Below, piece after piece: positions 60,476-64,000 of a stretch of DNA of 64,000 nucleotides. The position numbers and the translations under genes were made by a program. The notes under the pieces are model-generated. The model searched no databases. It saw only the letters and a program-made list of their open reading frames with translations, and was not told where the DNA came from. The stretch comes from an uncultured Spirochaetota bacterium (GTDB lineage: Bacteria; Spirochaetota; Brevinematia; Brevinematales; JAOACQ01), in NCBI GenBank assembly GCA_963835575.1, contig CAWIGG010000002.1:32001-96000 (forward strand), in the 5' to 3' direction. The first letter of the stretch is position 1; every line of letters starts with the position of its first letter.

Positions 60476-60657
60476 GGGTAATCCGCTAATGCACGCGAAT
60501 GGAGGGGGTCTGTTTTTTAGAAAAAGCCGTAATTGTCGGGACAAAAAGATTACTTTATGTGCAGACAGATTGCTTCGCGCTAAAGTCAGCGGCGAAGGAC
60601 AGAGCATAGTGCTCGCAAAGACGCTTTTCTGCGTTTATTCGCGTGGCTTCGCGGAAG
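60476..60657. repeat. Composite REP element, homologue of 21612-21856 lacking the inner hairpin
   Basis: Shares GTCGGGACAA..GATTACTTTATGT.CAGACAGATTGCTTCGCGCTAAAGTCAG... with the first copy. Confidence 0.85.
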
Positions 60658-60714
60658 CCCAATCTATTATTGAAGCAAATTGGCGGCAGACCCGGGAAAA
60701 GATGAGGATGTTTT

Positions 60715-61890
60715 ATGATAAAAAAAATATTATTTTTTGACTGCTTTTCCGGCATCAGCGGGGATATGACTGTCGGCGCGCTTCTGGACCTCGGCGCGGA
60801 CCGGGAGCTTTTAACGAAAAGTCTGTCGGGCCTCCCCGTCGATGGGTACCGGATCGAGATAAAGGAAGGTACAAAAAAAGGCATCGGCGGGACTGATTTC
60901 AGCGTGATCATCGATAAGAATCACAAACAGCCGCACAGGCACCTTCATGATATCAATGACATCATCGAAAAGAGCGGTCTGGATGAGGAAGTAAAAACAA
61001 AAAGCAAAAATATTTTTTCTCTCATCGCCGGCGCGGAATCGAAAGTACACCGGGTTCCGGTTGAGGAAATACATTTTCATGAGATAGGCGCCGTCGATTC
61101 CATTGTGGATATTGTCGGTTCAGCCCTCTGCATCTCAAACCTGGGCGTGGATGAGGTATGGTCGTCGCCGTTGAACCTGGGAGGAGGGTCCGTCGAGTGC
61201 GGTCATGGCGTGCTTCCCGTGCCGGCCCCGGCTACGCTTGAAATACTGAAGGATGTCCCGGTCTATTCCAGCGGCATCAAAAGGGAATTGACGACGCCGA
61301 CAGGCGGCGCGGTCATCCGGGCGTTCTGCACAGAATTCATGGATTTCCCTTCCATGACAATTAAAAAAACAGGCTACGGCCTCGGCAAAGCCGACCTGGA
61401 TACGCCGAATGTCCTCAGGGCCGTGCTCGGGGAGGAGGCTTCTTTTAAAACTCTGGTCATGCTGGAAACCAGTATCGATAATATGAACCCGGAGATTTAT
61501 TCCTATCTCTTTCCGAAGCTTTTCGAGAAAGGCGCGCTGGATGTTTTTACCGCGCCTATCATGATGAAAAAAAACAGGCCGGCCCAAAAGCTCAGCGTTC
61601 TCTGCACGACTGAAAAGACGGAAGAGCTTGAAGGATTCCTTTTTAAAGAGACGCCGACGTTAGGAATCCGCAGGTATCCGGTGGCAAGGGACGAAATGGA
61701 GCGAAAACAGATCAAGATCGAAACTCCCTACGGCGAGGCGGTTGTCAAGGCCGCATACATGAACGGCGAGTTGATCAAGTTCGCGCCGGAATACGAGGAC
61801 TGCGCCAGAATTGCCGAAAGCTCCGGAAAGCCTATCCGGCAAATCTATCAGGAGATCATGGCGATCGCTTCCGGTAAATTGAAGGATTAA
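60715..61890 (+). CDS. larC: Nickel insertion protein
   Basis: DCFSGISGDM, HRHLHDI, HFHEIGAVDSIVDI, PVPAPAT, ELTTPTG, MKKNRP, PEYEDC. Confidence 0.95.
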   Translation: MIKKILFFDCFSGISGDMTVGALLDLGADRELLTKSLSGLPVDGYRIEIKEGTKKGIGGTDFSVIIDKNHKQPHRHLHDINDIIEKSGLDEEVKTKSKNIFSLIAGAESKVHRVPVEEIHFHEIGAVDSIVDIVGSALCISNLGVDEVWSSPLNLGGGSVECGHGVLPVPAPATLEILKDVPVYSSGIKRELTTPTGGAVIRAFCTEFMDFPSMTIKKTGYGLGKADLDTPNVLRAVLGEEASFKTLVMLETSIDNMNPEIYSYLFPKLFEKGALDVFTAPIMMKKNRPAQKLSVLCTTEKTEELEGFLFKETPTLGIRRYPVARDEMERKQIKIETPYGEAVVKAAYMNGELIKFAPEYEDCARIAESSGKPIRQIYQEIMAIASGKLKD

Positions 61891-62363
61891 TTTTTTCACA
61901 GGAAGTCGGGAAGAGCAAAATTGTTTTCTTAAATGAATCACATAGCTGTTAATTCAAAAGAGTAATTTGTTTTATTAATTATCCTTTTCATAAATCAATT
62001 ATTTGAAATTTATCCGGCTTCATGCCCGTCTTCCTGTAAATTTTATCTTATGTTTTCGCCGGACCGTCAAATGAAACCTTGACTTCCATTGACTCAGGCA
62101 ATTCATATCATTCGTTCTTTTTAAATTCCATTTATAGGTTTTTTTTATCCGACAGGCTGTCGGGGGCTTTACGATATTTCTTTCTTTTCGAAAAGAAAGA
62201 AATATCGTGCTAAAGAAAGAAAACAGGTCGAGGCCATTTTCATACGAAGCGGCCGGATTGCACTGATATGTGTTATCCGGTTGCTTGATTAACGGTTCCT
62301 TTCTTTTTATAGCCGCCTTAATATCGCAGTCCATTGCTATATGCGGCGGTTGCGGCATCCTTG

Positions 62364-64000
62364 GTACGTCAAGATAAACTAGATTGACCTAATGGGTTGA
62401 GATGTACCCATACTGCCAATTGCCTGTTAGCAGGTAGCCAGGTGGACGTGAACGGGAGTAATCCCGTTGGCGAAGTTCTACGAGGCGAAGATATGAGCCA
62501 TAACGCAAGTGAATCCGTTAGCCTCGTTAGCCGAAAAAAGAGAGTGACCAAGCCATCAAGGAGGCTGAAGTCAATATCCGCAGAGCAGGAACAGGTAGAA
62601 AGCTGCGGAACTCTCCGGGGTTGTAAGGAATAGCGCGTATCGAAAGGTTAGTCGCAGAACTTGAGAGACCCTTCAGAACAAGGTCAAACCTAAAACCATA
62701 AGGGAATACATAACCTTATAGCTGTTCTGACAGGGAGTCGGATAAGCCCATAGTAGTGATGAAGCAGGGTAATTCCCGCAGAGCGAAGGGGCTTTACTGC
62801 AAATATGTTTGAGTTGAGATGAAAGGAGGTCTGATTGGAAAGAATTCCTACTACAGGAAAAGACGGATATAAAGGACAACTGCCTGAATACAAAGGTAGT
62901 ATCTTGATACCGTTGAAACTCTCCTCTCTGAGACACAAACTGGGTCAAAAGGCCAAACAGGAAGCAAAGTATCGTTTCTACACGCTATATGATCACCTTA
63001 CAAGAGAAGATGTGCTAAAGACAGCGTGGTATCTGGTCAAGAAGAATGGAGGCAGTCCAGGAGTAGATGGAGTATCCATTGCACAAATTGAAAGCAATCC
63101 GGAAGGGGTGGAAAATCTTCTGAAAGAAATCTCTGAAGAGATAGAAGAAAAGAAGTATATCCCTGAAGAAGTTTTGAGGGTGTATATACCCAAGGCAAAT
63201 GGGAAACTTCGGCCACTCGGTATACCGACAATAAAGGATAGGATAGTGCAGATGGCGGTAATGTTGATACTGGAGCCAATATTTGAATCTGATTTTCTGG
63301 ATTGCTCATACGGTTTTAGACCGGGAAAAAATGCGCATCAGGCGCTGGAAACGATCAAGCAACACATTGAGAATGGATATACGGCAGTGTATGACGCAGA
63401 TTTACAGGGATACTTTGACTCAATACCGCACGATAAGCTAATGAAAGGTTTGGAAATGAGAATTAGCGATAAACACATATTAAAGCTTATTCGGATGTGG
63501 TTGAAAACCCAGATAGTTGAAAAGGGAAGTGAAGGAAACCCGAAGAAGGAAAGGCCGAAGAAGGGTACACCGCAAGGTGGAGTAATATCCCCATTATTGG
63601 CAAATATCTATCTTCATTGGTTTGACAAAGTATTTCATAAGAACGATGGACTTGCAGTGCAGGTAGGTGGAAAACTGGTAAGGTATGCCGATGACTTTGT
63701 TATTTTGACGAGGTATTATCAGGACTGTATAGGGAAATGGGTAGAGCAGAAATTGGAGGAATGGCTTGGCCTGGTTATTAACCGGGAGAAAACCAGGGTC
63801 CTGAATCTCAGGGAAGAAGGCGCCAAACTTGATTTTCTTGGTTTCAGTTTTAGGTACGACAAATCGAAACACAAGGTAGGGCGAAAGCGCTACCTTAATG
63901 TATTCCCGTCTGAGAAGGCTTGTATCAGGGAAAGAGGCAGAATAAAGGAAATGGTAGGTAACAGGGATACTTGCTTATCGGTTGAGGAAATGATTGAGAA
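62364..64000 (+). mobile_element. Group II intron (5' boundary approximate; 3' end beyond the window)
   Basis: Ribozyme-like segment GGAGTCGGATAAGCCCATAGTAGTGATGAAGCAGGGTAATTCCCGCAGAGCGAAGGGG precedes the RT ORF; candidate 5' end GTACG. Confidence 0.8.
62835..64000 (+). CDS. ltrA: Group II intron reverse transcriptase/maturase (3'-truncated; not in the ORF track)
   Basis: TTG start after AAGGAGGT; YRFYTLYD, PGVDG, RVYIPK.NGKLRPLGIPTIKDRIVQ, SYGFRP, GTPQGGVISPLLANIYL, VRYADDFV, DFLGF. Confidence 0.93.
   Translation, partial: MERIPTTGKDGYKGQLPEYKGSILIPLKLSSLRHKLGQKAKQEAKYRFYTLYDHLTREDVLKTAWYLVKKNGGSPGVDGVSIAQIESNPEGVENLLKEISEEIEEKKYIPEEVLRVYIPKANGKLRPLGIPTIKDRIVQMAVMLILEPIFESDFLDCSYGFRPGKNAHQALETIKQHIENGYTAVYDADLQGYFDSIPHDKLMKGLEMRISDKHILKLIRMWLKTQIVEKGSEGNPKKERPKKGTPQGGVISPLLANIYLHWFDKVFHKNDGLAVQVGGKLVRYADDFVILTRYYQDCIGKWVEQKLEEWLGLVINREKTRVLNLREEGAKLDFLGFSFRYDKSKHKVGRKRYLNVFPSEKACIRERGRIKEMVGNRDTCLSVEEMIE

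Noticed and set aside
62835..64000. Retron, DGR or defence-associated reverse transcriptase
   Set aside because: RT0 region, GTPQGG/YADD context and upstream ribozyme-like motifs fit a group II intron maturase.

Overview
Bacterial chromosome window, probably from a spirochaete-like diderm anaerobe (inferred from the reverse-type integron layout, Rnf and LptB). Bases 1 to ~15.9 kb form an AT-rich accessory/defence island: a type IIG restriction-modification gene (open off the left edge), Sir2-HerA, nested hairpins including a Frpo-like single-strand promoter ahead of a small unknown gene, a phage-like gene, a Panacea toxin-antitoxin pair, and an integron-like cassette array. The array is the most striking feature. 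It has attI at ~14588, four cassettes, three long branched attC-like sites and one truncated site. It lies downstream of a co-oriented tyrosine recombinase that lacks the IntI-diagnostic insertion and carries an N-terminal HARP-like domain. Each cassette is bracketed by its own 20-25 bp inverted repeat, and an IS1182-family element sits exactly in one attC core GTT. From ~16 kb the sequence is core genome: lepA, maf, trxB, rnfCDGE-(lnt-like)-A with a frameshifted rnfD, tRNA-Thr, tRNA-Phe, rpmH-rnpA-yidD, purM, secA, two S41 proteases, accD, lptB, a MoxR cluster, GT2/ArnT-like genes, a WD40-caspase, NikMQO-type transporter genes with larEBC, and a group II intron running off the right edge. Intergenic spaces hold many nested REP/MITE-like palindromes, including a 99-bp MITE that targets one specific motif. 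All calls come from reading motifs by eye; no database searches or folding programs were run.
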